A DNA stretch of 64,000 nt from an uncultured Chloroflexia bacterium (GCA_963724295.1 CAVRUC010000004.1:288001-352000); one strand, 5' to 3'. Counted from the stretch's first letter, positions 20,604 through 33,330 are shown. Notes: generated by a model from the letters alone, not told the origin. A program made the numbers and translations.

Positions 20604-21338
20604 TCAGGCGAACTCGCTGCGGACCACCCCGCCGGGATCGATGGTCCGCAAGATCGTAAGCTCTTCCGGCGTTGGCGGGGGCGTAAGCGGTGTCTCCGGT
20701 CCCACGGCGACCGCGAACCCGGTGGCGTCCCGGAAGGCGTCCGGCGACACGCCGGGATGCAGGCTCTCGACCTCCAGCCTTGGACCGCGACGGACGAAGA
20801 TGCCAAGCGGGGTCACCACCCGGTCGACGTTTCCGGCCGCCGTCACAAAATCGAGTCGCTCGACGAAGGTCCGCCGATCGTGCTTCGTCCGCCAGAGGAT
20901 GACGCGGCGCGCCGTCGGCATCAGCATCGCGCTCCCCGCACCACCCGGCAGACGCACCGCTGGCTGCTCGTAGGAGCCGATGGCGCTGAGGTTGATCCGC
21001 CCCTCAGCATCGATCTGGACACCGCTCAGGAACGCGACGTCGAGCCTGCCGCGTGCGGACAGATCGAAGAGTTCAGCCAGCGTTACCAGGGCACGGGTCC
21101 CATGCAGCAGTGCGGGATCGACGGTCGAGACCGGCAGCCGCTCCGGTTGGGAGTCGACCGCCCCGGTGATGTTCAGGTAGGTAAGATCCGGCGCGTGCAG
21201 ATGTTTGGCCAGGAGCGTGGCGACCATCGGCAACGGCGACGCCACGCCATGAAAGACAGTCTCGCCGGAACTGAGAAGCCGCGCCATGGCCACCGCCATC
21301 ATGTCCCACGGCGCCGGGCTGACTGCTGAATCGATCAC
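20604..21338 (-). CDS. CoA-transferase beta subunit (glutaconate CoA-transferase-like)
   Basis: FLSGVQID..GRINLS, RLPGGAGS, RTFVERLDFVT; overlaps the alpha subunit stop. Confidence 0.88.
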   Translation of the reverse strand: MIDSAVSPAPWDMMAVAMARLLSSGETVFHGVASPLPMVATLLAKHLHAPDLTYLNITGAVDSQPERLPVSTVDPALLHGTRALVTLAELFDLSARGRLDVAFLSGVQIDAEGRINLSAIGSYEQPAVRLPGGAGSAMLMPTARRVILWRTKHDRRTFVERLDFVTAAGNVDRVVTPLGIFVRRGPRLEVESLHPGVSPDAFRDATGFAVAVGPETPLTPPPTPEELTILRTIDPGGVVRSEFA

Positions 21339-22156
21339 GCCGGAACCGGTGTCGAGGCCAGGACATGGCTGGCGATGAAGTCGCGAGCCGTGTCCGGTTC
21401 GCGCGCCGCGGCAACCCAGGCCCCGAGGTACGCGGCGTCGTATCCGTAATGCGGCGTGCAGGAGAAGGGCCAGGCCCCTCCCGGCGCCGCGACGACGGCA
21501 TCGACCAGAAAGCTCGGAATGGCCACACTCTCCGGCGCCTCCGCGAACGCGGCCCCGTCCATGATGCGCTCCGCGGTGAGGATCACGCGCCGAGCCGCCT
21601 GAGCCATCAACACGTCCTCGAAGCGGGTCCCCAGGATGCGGCCGTTCCCGGACGCATCAGCCTCCTGGACATGGAGAATCGCTACGTCGGGAACCAGCGC
21701 TGGCACCACGTAGACATGCGCATCGGAATACGGATCGGCGACCGCCTGGAAGCCTCGTGCGGCCGGGAGATCGGAGCCCTGTAAGCCGGCCACCGGCATG
21801 AACGGAACACCCTGGATCGCCGCCCGCAGTCCGGCGATCACGGTCGCGCAGGCGTGCTCGCGCGCTTCCACCACGCCCGACTCGACGGCCTTCCGGTAGG
21901 CCGGGGCCATGCCGAACGGCGTCTCATACCCGACGAACCCCGCCGATATGGCCGCCACACACCCCGCGGCGCAAAGCAGATCGACGTCGTACGCACCGGC
22001 TGTCTTGACGATCTCCAGCCCGCGCTTCCCCTGTCGCACGATCTCATGGACGGCCGCGCCCGGTCCCCGGTGCAGCGTGTTTCCGCCGAGCGCGACTCGC
22101 GCGCCATCCGGCACAGTTGCTATGGCTTCCGCCAATGTGACTCGCTTGTCGCTCAT
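21335..22156 (-). CDS. CoA-transferase alpha subunit
   Basis: VPDGARVALGG, GLRAA..GVPFMP, PDVAILHVQEAD..GN. Confidence 0.88.
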   Translation of the reverse strand: MSDKRVTLAEAIATVPDGARVALGGNTLHRGPGAAVHEIVRQGKRGLEIVKTAGAYDVDLLCAAGCVAAISAGFVGYETPFGMAPAYRKAVESGVVEAREHACATVIAGLRAAIQGVPFMPVAGLQGSDLPAARGFQAVADPYSDAHVYVVPALVPDVAILHVQEADASGNGRILGTRFEDVLMAQAARRVILTAERIMDGAAFAEAPESVAIPSFLVDAVVAAPGGAWPFSCTPHYGYDAAYLGAWVAAAREPDTARDFIASHVLASTPVPA

Positions 22157-22289
22157 CGCCCTGCTCCGTCGGTCCTTCTGTACCCGAAATCATACGGTCC
22201 CGCCGACTATCATGATCGGCTCAGGACGGTTGCGCGGGCGATACCAGCCGGGTCCAGTGCGCCCGCGGCCGACGGAGGATGCCACCGCA

Positions 22290-23904
22290 ATGCCGATGTT
22301 CCCACCCGAGGTTCACCGCTCGTATCTGACACCACTGCGCTTCCTGCAGCGCAGCGCGAGTGTCTTCCGGGAGAAGTCGGCCGTCGTCTACGGTAGCAGG
22401 ACCTGGACCTATCCCGAGTTGGCGGAGCGAGTCAACCGTCTGGCGTCCGCCCTCGATCTCGGCGGGCGTGGCGCGTGGCGATCGAGTTGCCTACATGGTG
22501 CCCAACATCCCGGCAATGCTGGAGGGCCATTTCGCTGTCCCGCTGGCCGGGGGGATTCTGGTGGCGATCAACACGCGCTTGTCGGCGCCCGAGGTGGCAT
22601 ACATCCTCGAACACTCCGGAGCCAAGGTTCTCGTCGTCGACACCGAGCTCGCGCATCTGGTGGAGCCGTCGCTGGCGAGCCTTCCCGATCTCGAGCTGGT
22701 CGTCAGCGTCGAGGACGTTCCCGGCGGCGTCCGCCTCCCCGGACCCGAGTACGAGGCATTTCTGGTCGCCGGCAACTCGGATCCGCTCGACTGGCCACTC
22801 GAAGATGAGGACGAGACGATCGCCATCGACTACACCTCAGGCACCACCGGTCGGCCCAAAGGCGTCATGTATACCCACCGGGGCGCGTACCTCAACAGCC
22901 TGGGCGAGCTGCTCGAGACCCGCATGTCGTCGGACAGTGTCTATCTCTGGACGCTGCCGATGTTCCATTGCAATGGCTGGTGCTACCCCTGGGCCGTGAC
23001 CGCCATCGGGGGTACCCACGTCTGCATGCGCAAACTGGAACCGGAAAATGTCTGGCGGCTGGTCAGGAGCGCGGGTGTCACTCACTTCTGCGCCGCCCCG
23101 ACGGTGCTGATCGCGCTCGTCAATCACCCCACCGCGCCGCGCGAGCCGCTCGACCGGCCGCTGATCATCTCCACCGCCGCCGCGCCGCCGTCGCCGACGA
23201 TCATCGCTCAGGTCGAAGCGCTTGGCGCCGAGATCATCCATGTTTACGGGCTCACCGAAGTCTACGGGCCCTACACCGTCTGCGAGTGGCAGCCGCACTG
23301 GAACCTGCTCCCCGCGGAAGAACGGGCGCGGGTGAAGGCCCGGCAGGGCGTCGGCTACCTCGTCGCCGACGATGTCCGCGTGGTCGACGACCAGATGCGA
23401 GATGTCCCCGCCGACGGCGAGACCCTGGGCGAGGTCATGATGCGCGGCAACAACACCATGAAGGGCTACTATCGCGATCCGGAAGCAACCGCGCGTGCCT
23501 TCGCCGGCGGCTGGTTCCACTCCGGGGATCTGGCGGTCATGCACCCCGACGGCTACATCGAGCTGCGTGACCGCAAGAAGGACATCATCATCTCCGGCGG
23601 AGAGAACATCTCCACCATCGAGGTCGAGCAGGCCGTCTGCGCTCACCCGGCGGTGCTAGAGGCGGCGGTTATCGGCATCCCGGACCCCTACTGGGGCGAG
23701 GTCCCGAAGGCGTTCGTCGCACTCAAGCCGGGGCAGCCGTTGAGTGACGTCGAGTTACGCGATTTCTGCCGAAAGCGACTGGCGGGATACAAGATCCCCA
23801 AAGCGATCGAGTTCGGTGAGCTGCCCAAGACCTCGACCGGCAAGGTCCAGAAGTTCGTCCTCCGCGAGCGGGAGTGGGCCGGGCAGGAAAAGCGAATCAA
23901 TTAG
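22290..23904 (+). CDS. Acyl-CoA synthetase (AMP-forming) with an apparent frameshift near 22455
   Basis: LTPLRFLQRSA N-terminus in one frame; YTSGTTGRPKGV, YGLTE, FHSGD and PKTSTGKVQK in the main frame. Confidence 0.92.
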
Positions 23905-23950
23905 TCTCCGCGGGACTCGAATCGTCCCCGTTGATTCGCTGAAGCTCCGC

Positions 23951-26086
23951 TCACTCCCCACCGGGAATGTCGCCGCAGGCCACCACGTCGTCGTAGTTCT
24001 CGGCGCTACGGTGGATCGCAACCGAATGCGCGGAACCCGTCAAATCGGCCACCGGTGAGTCGATCGTCGTCACGCTGCGGCCGGAGGCGTCGAGATCCTC
24101 CAGCAGGAAGGTCGGTTCTTTCGAGGCGTCGTCGCAGGTTCCTTCATGAATGACGACGACTTCGCCACCCGACGCATCGCGCGCCACCACGGTGATCGTC
24201 GTCTGGCCCTCACGTTCGCTCAGAATCGCCAGGGCATCGATGCGTGACTCGTCTCGCTCACCTAGCCGCAGCGCGATCTCCTGGTCGCCGACCGCGCCGG
24301 CAACAGGCGTTGCCATGGACGTGGCGGGGGTCGCCTGCGCCATCGGTGTAGCGGCGGCCACGGGAGTGGCAAGCGCCACCGGCGTGGCGGGTGTGGCCGC
24401 TAGCTCAGCCGCGTCGAGGGACCAGACGGTGAAGTCTTCAAAGTGCGTGATTTCGCCGTCATAAGCATTCGCTTGATGGAATCCGGCCCCGGCCCAGACA
24501 TCAGAGGCGCCGTGGAGCTCCGATGCGTTGAGCTCGGAGACGAATACGTCGTTGACGGAGAAGCCGGCCGAGTCGCCGGCAACGACCACTTCGAGGACGT
24601 TGCGCCCGCCTTCTTCGAAACTCAACGAGGGCACGGTGCCACCGGCGAGATCGGCCTGGAGGCCGATCTGAAACTCCCAGGAGCCATCCGAGGCCACAGT
24701 CAGCCGGTAGTGGTCGCCGTTCTCCTGTTCCCGGAAGGCGATGCCGAAGTCCCACGGCCGGTCGGTAGCGTCGCTGGGATTGATGAACTCGACCCGCGCC
24801 ACGAAATCTTCGACGTCAACCCCTATCGGCACGACCGCGGCAGAACCCACTGTCTGCGCGAGATCGTCCGCTGTGGGACCCGCCAGCGGGGCTGCGGCGG
24901 TCGACGCCGCGAGAAGCTGGGGAAACGTGGTCGTGTCGACGAGGATGCTCGGCTCCAGGGCAGCTCGAGGCTCGAGCCCGGAAAGCGACCAGATCTCGAA
25001 CTCACTGAAGGCTACGGTGCCATCTTCGGTGGCATCTTCAGTGAAAAAGCCCGCTCCCACAAAGACGTCACCGCCCTCCGCGCGGGCGGAGAGATCGAGC
25101 TCACTGACGAGCCGTTCGTTGAACGCGAAGTACCCGGTATTGCCGGCCGCGACCACTTCGATCGTGTTGGAGCCGGTGGGACTGGTGTCGAAATCAACCA
25201 CTGACCCCCCGCTGATCACCTCACCCAGCCCGTCTTTCAGAAACCAGGTGCCAGCGGCATCGACGACCAGCCGCAGCTGCTCTTCGCCGCCACTGTCGCG
25301 AAAGCCGAGTCCGATGTCCCACATCTCGCGCGCTGGCTCCGGATTCGCGAATTCGGCTCGCGCGTAGAAATCCGGGGCATCGACACCGGCGCGCTCGACA
25401 GCGAGAGCGTCTGGTCCGAAGGCCAGCTCTCCGGAAAGCGGACCCGCGATGCTGGGCCGCTCCTGGGCGGCCGCCAGCCATCCGCCGTAGGCCGCCAGCG
25501 GATCGAGCGGCGCCTCCTCGGGGAGCTCGATCGTGTCGATGACCGCCTGAGCCGCTGCCAGCTCTTGCCGGAAGCCGGCCGGTTCCGTGACCAACGTGAT
25601 GATGAGCACGGCTTGACCCGGGATCAGCGTCCGGCACTCGACGTAGTCGACCAGCTCCACTTCCTGGTTGCCGATCGACAGCGTCAGGGTGAAGGCCGCC
25701 GCCGAGGAATTCGGCCCATCCGCAACGAGCTGGACACCTTCCTCATCGCGATAGGGCCGAATCTCCGAGACTCCGGTCTCCTGGGAGAGGAGGTTGGCTT
25801 CCGCCGCGACACACGCCGGGAGGTCGCCCTGGTAGCGGGTGGCGCCCTCGAAATAGAGCGAGCTGACACCGTTGAGCAAGTGGAGCCGGTCGAGGCGCTC
25901 CGGACCGACAGCGGCCAGCGTTCCCGCCGGATCCGGCTGCCACTCGGTTCCAGCCCATGAAACGCTGAATCCGTACGTCGGCGACGTCCAGCGGTCACCC
26001 TCGATCTGCGCCACGATCCCAGCCGCCGCCGACATGAGGAGGAGCACCGCGACAACCAGGGCGGAGAGGGATCGTTTGAACCGCAT
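23951..26086 (-). CDS. Large secreted protein with two internal repeats and a C-terminal PAHIH-like domain
   Basis: MRFKR signal peptide after GAGGAG RBS; repeats DFYARAEFANP..WDIGLGFR and DFVARVEFINP..WDFGIAFR; C-terminal IHEGTC..AIH..VACGDI. Confidence 0.75.
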   Translation of the reverse strand: MRFKRSLSALVVAVLLLMSAAAGIVAQIEGDRWTSPTYGFSVSWAGTEWQPDPAGTLAAVGPERLDRLHLLNGVSSLYFEGATRYQGDLPACVAAEANLLSQETGVSEIRPYRDEEGVQLVADGPNSSAAAFTLTLSIGNQEVELVDYVECRTLIPGQAVLIITLVTEPAGFRQELAAAQAVIDTIELPEEAPLDPLAAYGGWLAAAQERPSIAGPLSGELAFGPDALAVERAGVDAPDFYARAEFANPEPAREMWDIGLGFRDSGGEEQLRLVVDAAGTWFLKDGLGEVISGGSVVDFDTSPTGSNTIEVVAAGNTGYFAFNERLVSELDLSARAEGGDVFVGAGFFTEDATEDGTVAFSEFEIWSLSGLEPRAALEPSILVDTTTFPQLLAASTAAAPLAGPTADDLAQTVGSAAVVPIGVDVEDFVARVEFINPSDATDRPWDFGIAFREQENGDHYRLTVASDGSWEFQIGLQADLAGGTVPSLSFEEGGRNVLEVVVAGDSAGFSVNDVFVSELNASELHGASDVWAGAGFHQANAYDGEITHFEDFTVWSLDAAELAATPATPVALATPVAAATPMAQATPATSMATPVAGAVGDQEIALRLGERDESRIDALAILSEREGQTTITVVARDASGGEVVVIHEGTCDDASKEPTFLLEDLDASGRSVTTIDSPVADLTGSAHSVAIHRSAENYDDVVACGDIPGGE

Positions 26087-26291
26087 CGTGGACTCCTCAC
26101 GGCTTGCGGAGGCAACCTGGTGGCGCCGGCCGGCCAGAAACGTGCCTGCGAGTCTATGCGGTGGCTCCAATCCTGTCACCCGCGTACTCTCGCCCCCGAG
26201 GTCCTGGCATCGAGTCTGCTCGATCAGTCTTGCGATAATTAGCGAGTGCAAGAGGTTCAGTGGCCGGGACCCGCGTCGATAGCAGCCTGGA

Positions 26292-27383
26292 GTGCCACCC
26301 GTGAAGATCACTCAACCCGATCCCCCGGGAGCCGTCAGGCTGGAGACGGCCGAATTCGACCTCGATGCCCTCATCGAACCCGTGCTGCTCGATGCCGTGG
26401 CTACGCTGGATGGCCGCGCCCCGCTTCTCAGCGGAATGGTTCGGTATCACCTGGGGTACGCCGGGCGCGATCTGCAACCCCTGGACCGACGAGCCGTGGA
26501 TCGCGGCAAGCGGATGCGGCCGGCGGTAGCACTCCTCGCCGCCGGCGCAGCGGGGGGTGAACCGCGAGCCGCGGCGCCTGTCGGTGCGGCGCTGGAGCTG
26601 CTGCACAACTTCTCGTTGATCCACGACGACATCCAGGACGAGAGCCCTACCCGCCGGCACCGGCCAACCGTCTGGAGCCTATGGGGCATCGGGCAGGCCA
26701 TCAACGCCGGAGACGCGCTGTTTGCCGTGGCTCACCTGCCGCTCTACCGCCTCGCTTCATCCGGTGTCACCGCGGATCTCAGCCTGCGTCTCCTCGAGGC
26801 GTTCGACCGGATGACCATCGCCATTGTCGAGGGGCAAACGCTCGACCTGACCTTCGAGGCGCGGTCAGATGTGTCGGCGGACGAATATCTGGAGATGATC
26901 GCGGGGAAGACTGCCGCGATCGTCCGCTTCGCCGCCTGGGCAGGCGCACTCCTCGGTGGGGCCAATGAAGCCGCGGCATCGCGGTGGGCCGAGTTCGGAC
27001 TCGCCCTCGGTCTCGGGTTTCAGACCCGCGACGATCTCCTCGGCATCTGGGGTGCGCAGGAAGCCACCGGCAAGGCGCCCGCCGACGATGTGCGACGCCG
27101 AAAGCAGTCCCTGCCGATCGTGATATTGCGCGATCGGCTGGACGCCACGGAGCGGGCGGAGCTCGACCGCCTGTATGCCGCTCCGAATGTCGATCGAGTA
27201 GGCGTAGCACGCGTGCTCGCACTCCTGGAGCGGGAGGGCGTGCGCCAGGAAGTCGAAGCTGTGATTGGCACCTATCACGACCGAGCGGCCACTGCGTTGC
27301 TTGCCGCTGCCCGGCCGGGCAACAACCCCGCTCGGGACCACTTGCTGACTCTGGTGGAGCGGCTTTCGTCGCGCTCCGGGTAG
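26292..27383 (+). CDS. Polyprenyl (geranylgeranyl) diphosphate synthase
   Basis: GKRMRP, FSLIHDDIQD (FARM), GKTA and QTRDDLLG. Confidence 0.93.
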   Translation: MPPVKITQPDPPGAVRLETAEFDLDALIEPVLLDAVATLDGRAPLLSGMVRYHLGYAGRDLQPLDRRAVDRGKRMRPAVALLAAGAAGGEPRAAAPVGAALELLHNFSLIHDDIQDESPTRRHRPTVWSLWGIGQAINAGDALFAVAHLPLYRLASSGVTADLSLRLLEAFDRMTIAIVEGQTLDLTFEARSDVSADEYLEMIAGKTAAIVRFAAWAGALLGGANEAAASRWAEFGLALGLGFQTRDDLLGIWGAQEATGKAPADDVRRRKQSLPIVILRDRLDATERAELDRLYAAPNVDRVGVARVLALLEREGVRQEVEAVIGTYHDRAATALLAAARPGNNPARDHLLTLVERLSSRSG

Positions 27384-27470
27384 GTTGCCCACTCAACCAA
27401 ACCGGGGAGCACGCGTGCTATCCTGCCCCTGTCTCGTCAATCTTCATCACAGTCATGACCGGAGTTCCTG

Positions 27471-28046
27471 GTGACCAGGATTGATCCGCGCATCGTTGCC
27501 GATCTAAAGCGAGAAAACCTGCTCAGAGAGGGCCATTGGTCGTTCCTGTATGGGGGCCACAGTCGTGGCTTGATCGATCGCGACCATCTGCTCAGCGACC
27601 CCGTCGCCGCATCTCATATGGCCTACGCACTCGCCAAGCAGTTCTTTACCGACCATATCGAAACTGTTGCCACGCCCTCGATCTGGGGTGCGGGACTGGC
27701 ACTCCTGGTCGGCGGCTTTCTCGATCCCAAGGCGAAGGTCGCCTACGCCACGCCGAGCAACGACGGCCCAACCCTGGCGCCGCAGATCGAGGATCTCGTG
27801 CGCGGCAAACGAGTCCTGCTCGTCGACAATATCATCCGCTCCGGCGAGACGATGACCCACTTCGCTGATCTGGTGGAGCGTCTCGACGGTGAGGTCATCG
27901 GCATCGCCACGTTGTGGAATCTTGCCGATGCGGAGATCGCCGGGCACCCGGTGTTCGGATTGCTCAACGCCGACTACGAGGTCTATCGAGACGGGGCCTG
28001 TCCAATGTGCATCGGCGGCTCCCAACCAGAACCGGCTCCGTATTAG
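27471..28046 (+). CDS. pyrE: Orotate phosphoribosyltransferase-like protein with an atypical PRPP motif
   Basis: LLREGHW..GGHS, KRVLLVDNIIRSGET and C-terminal CPMC typical of short PyrE proteins. Confidence 0.65.
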   Translation: MTRIDPRIVADLKRENLLREGHWSFLYGGHSRGLIDRDHLLSDPVAASHMAYALAKQFFTDHIETVATPSIWGAGLALLVGGFLDPKAKVAYATPSNDGPTLAPQIEDLVRGKRVLLVDNIIRSGETMTHFADLVERLDGEVIGIATLWNLADAEIAGHPVFGLLNADYEVYRDGACPMCIGGSQPEPAPY

Positions 28047-28074
28047 CGATCGTCGCCGGGCGCGCCCCCACTCC

Positions 28075-28143
28075 CCGACTACTCGACTCACGACTCACGA
28101 CTTACCGATTTACCGACTCACCGACTTACCGACTTACCGACCT
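28075..28143. repeat. 7-8 bp tandem repeat cluster (CCGACTCA/CCGACTTA-like), about 9 units
   Basis: Directly visible: cgactcacgactcacgacttaccgatttaccgactcaccgacttaccgacttaccgacct. Confidence 0.9.
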
Positions 28144-28159
28144 AGCAGTGAGTGCCGCC

Positions 28160-28852
28160 ATGCGATCCTCTGACGAGCCAGCCGTCCAGACACCCCGCGC
28201 TGGTCGGGTCACGGCGCTCAGACCCACCAAACGCGATCCGGACCGCATCTCGGTCGATCTCGATGGTTCGTTCGCGTTTGCCCTCCCGGCGACACTCGTT
28301 GCCGACCAGCGGCTCGAAGTTGGGGATACTCTCGATGGCGAGCGGGTCAGCGCGCTGCTGGCGGCAGATCAGGCGTCTCGCGCCACCGAGGCCGCGCTGG
28401 TGTTCCTCAGCTACCGTCCCCGCTCCGAGAAGGAAGTTCGCGATCGCCTTCGCCGCGGCGGCTACGAGCAAGACGCGATCGACCACGCGATCTCGCGACT
28501 GCATGAGTGGCGCTACCTCGACGATGCCGATTTCGCGCGGCGCTGGGTCGAGAATCGCACGGCGCACCGACCCCGCGGCAAGCGGTTGCTCCAGCAGGAG
28601 CTCCGCCACAAGGGCATCGACACCGAAACGGCACGCGACGCGATCGACGATGCTGGCCTGGATGAAACAGGCGCAGCCGAGGATCTTGCGCGCCGTCGCC
28701 TACCCGCGTATGCCGGGGATGATCCGGCCGCGATTCGGCGTCGCCTCGGCGCCTACCTCGCTCGCCGTGGCTATGGTTACGACATCATTCGGATAGCCCT
28801 CGATCGCGCGCTCGGCGAGACCGAGGACGAGGGTGACGTGGGTGATGGGTGA
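28160..28852 (+). CDS. recX: Regulatory protein RecX
   Basis: FLSYRPRSEKEV, YLDDADFA, RGKRLLQQELRHKGI and YLARRGY. Confidence 0.93.
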   Translation: MRSSDEPAVQTPRAGRVTALRPTKRDPDRISVDLDGSFAFALPATLVADQRLEVGDTLDGERVSALLAADQASRATEAALVFLSYRPRSEKEVRDRLRRGGYEQDAIDHAISRLHEWRYLDDADFARRWVENRTAHRPRGKRLLQQELRHKGIDTETARDAIDDAGLDETGAAEDLARRRLPAYAGDDPAAIRRRLGAYLARRGYGYDIIRIALDRALGETEDEGDVGDG

Positions 28853-28981
28853 CGGGGTGGCAAGGTGGCAGGGAGAACGACGTCTCACCTCCTGCCACCC
28901 TGCCACCACGAGCGGAGCGAGTAACCACCCTATCACCCATCACCGTGAGCGCAGCGAACACCCACCCAGCACCCCCGTCAG

Positions 28982-28990
28982 TGGTATACT
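28982..28990 (+). promoter_or_regulatory. Extended -10 element (TGGTATACT) upstream of the MBL-pyrG region
   Basis: TGn-TATACT match in the intergenic region. Confidence 0.5.
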
Positions 28991-29175
28991 AATTACCCGT
29001 GGGAAAGGGCGCATGGACGCCTGATCGCGCGAGCGCAGATCACTTCCCCATTGAGCTTGAATCGTCCCGCCGCGTCGCCGGAATCCGGCGCCGGGGCGTC
29101 GTTTGTTTTCATTGCCGCCGCGCGATGACGGGATTCGCGCATGCCTGAGAAGGGCACTGGAAAGACTGAAATCCC

Positions 29176-31555
<2,380 letters not shown>

Positions 31556-31694
31556 TCATCCGCCAGTCTGGCACCGCGCCGACCCAATCCGGCAATCCCC
31601 TAAGTGGTCTGAAACTTGCAGTGGCAGCGACGCCTGGTGTCCTCTCGATGCGACATGCCGGGCGTAGCCCATCGAATCAGACCGGGAGGAAGCC

Positions 31695-32681
31695 ATGGTG
31701 CGCAGACGTTCTTTACTGGCAACGGTGATGGCGGTTGTCCTGCTCTGCACGGGAATGACGAGTGTTGCGGCGCAAGAGGCAACGCCCACCGCCGCGACAT
31801 TTGCCGACACGATGGGCTTGCCCGAGCTGCGGGTGCGAGCTACTGACACTGCCTTTGAGGGTTTGCCAGCGGATACCTCGGCCGGTCGCTACCTGCTGAC
31901 GCTGGAGGTCGAGGCTGCGGAAGGCGCTGGCCTCAACTTTTTGAAGTTACCGGAGGGTATGACCTTCGATGACTTCATGGCGCTGCTAGCCGGCCCACCC
32001 GCCGCCTCACCAGAGGCGATGGAGGGGACGCCGGGAGCGGAGACGGGACCACCTGAGGGCGAGGGCGAAGACCGCCCACCCGAGTGGTACTTCCAGGCGG
32101 AAATGGCCGGGGGCACGTCCGCGTTCGCGGGAACAGCCCAGGCGATCATCGACCTCACGCCCGGCGAGTGGATCGCCTGGGCTGGATACCCAGACGCCCC
32201 ACAAGCACCAGTTGGGTTGAGCGTGAACGGTGAGGCAGGCGCCACGCCCGCTGCCGGGGCTGAGCCGGCCGCGGACGTAACCGTGGCCATGTTCGAGTAC
32301 GACTTCACCGTGGAGGGTAGCCTGACGCCCGGCTCCCATGTCTTCGCGGTCACGACTGTCGGCGCGCAACCACACGAGATGTTCATGTTGCGTGCGCCGG
32401 AAGCGATCACGGAGGAGCAGGTCGCGCAAATCCTGGAGATGGAAATGCAGGGCGGGACGCCGGCGCCCGACGCGGACCTACCGAATCCAGACGAGTTCAT
32501 GCCTGTTACACATATGACACCGCTGTCGATGGGGAAGACGGGGTGGATCCCGGTGAACCTGGAGGCGGGCACGTACGTCATGCTCTGCTTCGTCCCTGAT
32601 ATCGAGTCGGGGATGCCGCACGCCTATCATGGTATGTATCAGGTCATCACCGTTGGTGATGAAGGCACCCCGACCGCGTAA
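31695..32681 (+). CDS. Secreted protein with a C-terminal cupredoxin-like (type 1 copper) domain
   Basis: Signal peptide ending AA-QEATP; QPHE..GTYVMLCFVPD..GMPHAYHGM supplies H/C/H/M ligands. Confidence 0.7.
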   Translation: MVRRRSLLATVMAVVLLCTGMTSVAAQEATPTAATFADTMGLPELRVRATDTAFEGLPADTSAGRYLLTLEVEAAEGAGLNFLKLPEGMTFDDFMALLAGPPAASPEAMEGTPGAETGPPEGEGEDRPPEWYFQAEMAGGTSAFAGTAQAIIDLTPGEWIAWAGYPDAPQAPVGLSVNGEAGATPAAGAEPAADVTVAMFEYDFTVEGSLTPGSHVFAVTTVGAQPHEMFMLRAPEAITEEQVAQILEMEMQGGTPAPDADLPNPDEFMPVTHMTPLSMGKTGWIPVNLEAGTYVMLCFVPDIESGMPHAYHGMYQVITVGDEGTPTA

Positions 32682-32701
32682 GCGTGGAGCACGAGGTGTG
32701 C

Positions 32702-32737
32702 GACGAGGCCGGCGGAGTCATGCCCACCGGCCTCGTC
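32702..32737. terminator. Hairpin between convergent genes
   Basis: 11-bp stem GACGAGGCCGG/CCGGCCTCGTC. Confidence 0.5.
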
Positions 32738-32754
32738 ATTGCTCGAGCTCGGCC

Positions 32755-33231
32755 CTATGGACCGATCAGAACTCGCGTGCCCAGGGGAGCCCAGTCGTAC
32801 AGCCAGGCAGCCACGTCGAGCGGCAGATTGACGCAGCCATGGCTCATCGGAGTGCCAAAATTGTTGTGCCAGTACGTGCCGTGCAGGGCGTGACCGCTGT
32901 TCGTGAAATAGAGCACCCACGGGACGTCTGGCACGTTGTAGTACTCCCCACCAATGACACCCTCCATCGTCTGCGATGGCAGCTTGGTCAGGACCGCGAA
33001 AGAACCAACTGGTGTATCAAAGCCGGCTCGGCCGGTACTGACGGAGCTGCTGAGCACGACCTGGTCGCCTTTGTAGGCCCAGAGCATCTGCTGGCTAATC
33101 GAGATCACGATCGTCTTCTGCGCCTTTGCCCCACCCGTCGCCGGAGCCGCCAGCGCCGCTACCGCGAAGAGCACGACGACGAACCAGCGTCTCATTGTCG
33201 CCAGCGGGATGCGCACGAACGACCTCCTCAT
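32755..33231 (-). CDS. L,D-transpeptidase (YkuD) family protein
   Basis: VSTGR..TPVG and ALHGTYWHNNFGTPMSHGCVNL. Confidence 0.93.
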   Translation of the reverse strand: MRRSFVRIPLATMRRWFVVVLFAVAALAAPATGGAKAQKTIVISISQQMLWAYKGDQVVLSSSVSTGRAGFDTPVGSFAVLTKLPSQTMEGVIGGEYYNVPDVPWVLYFTNSGHALHGTYWHNNFGTPMSHGCVNLPLDVAAWLYDWAPLGTRVLIGP

Positions 33232-33330
33232 GCCAGACCGTTTTCCTTCAGATGGCACCCGGTCCAAAGGCAGGGACTGGTTGCCTCCATCCGATGCAAG
33301 CGTTATGCCTGGAGCGGCGGCGACATCTCG

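Noticed and set aside
28075..28143. Possible CRISPR array
   Set aside because: Units are 7-8 bp with no unique spacers, and there are no cas genes; these are simple tandem repeats.
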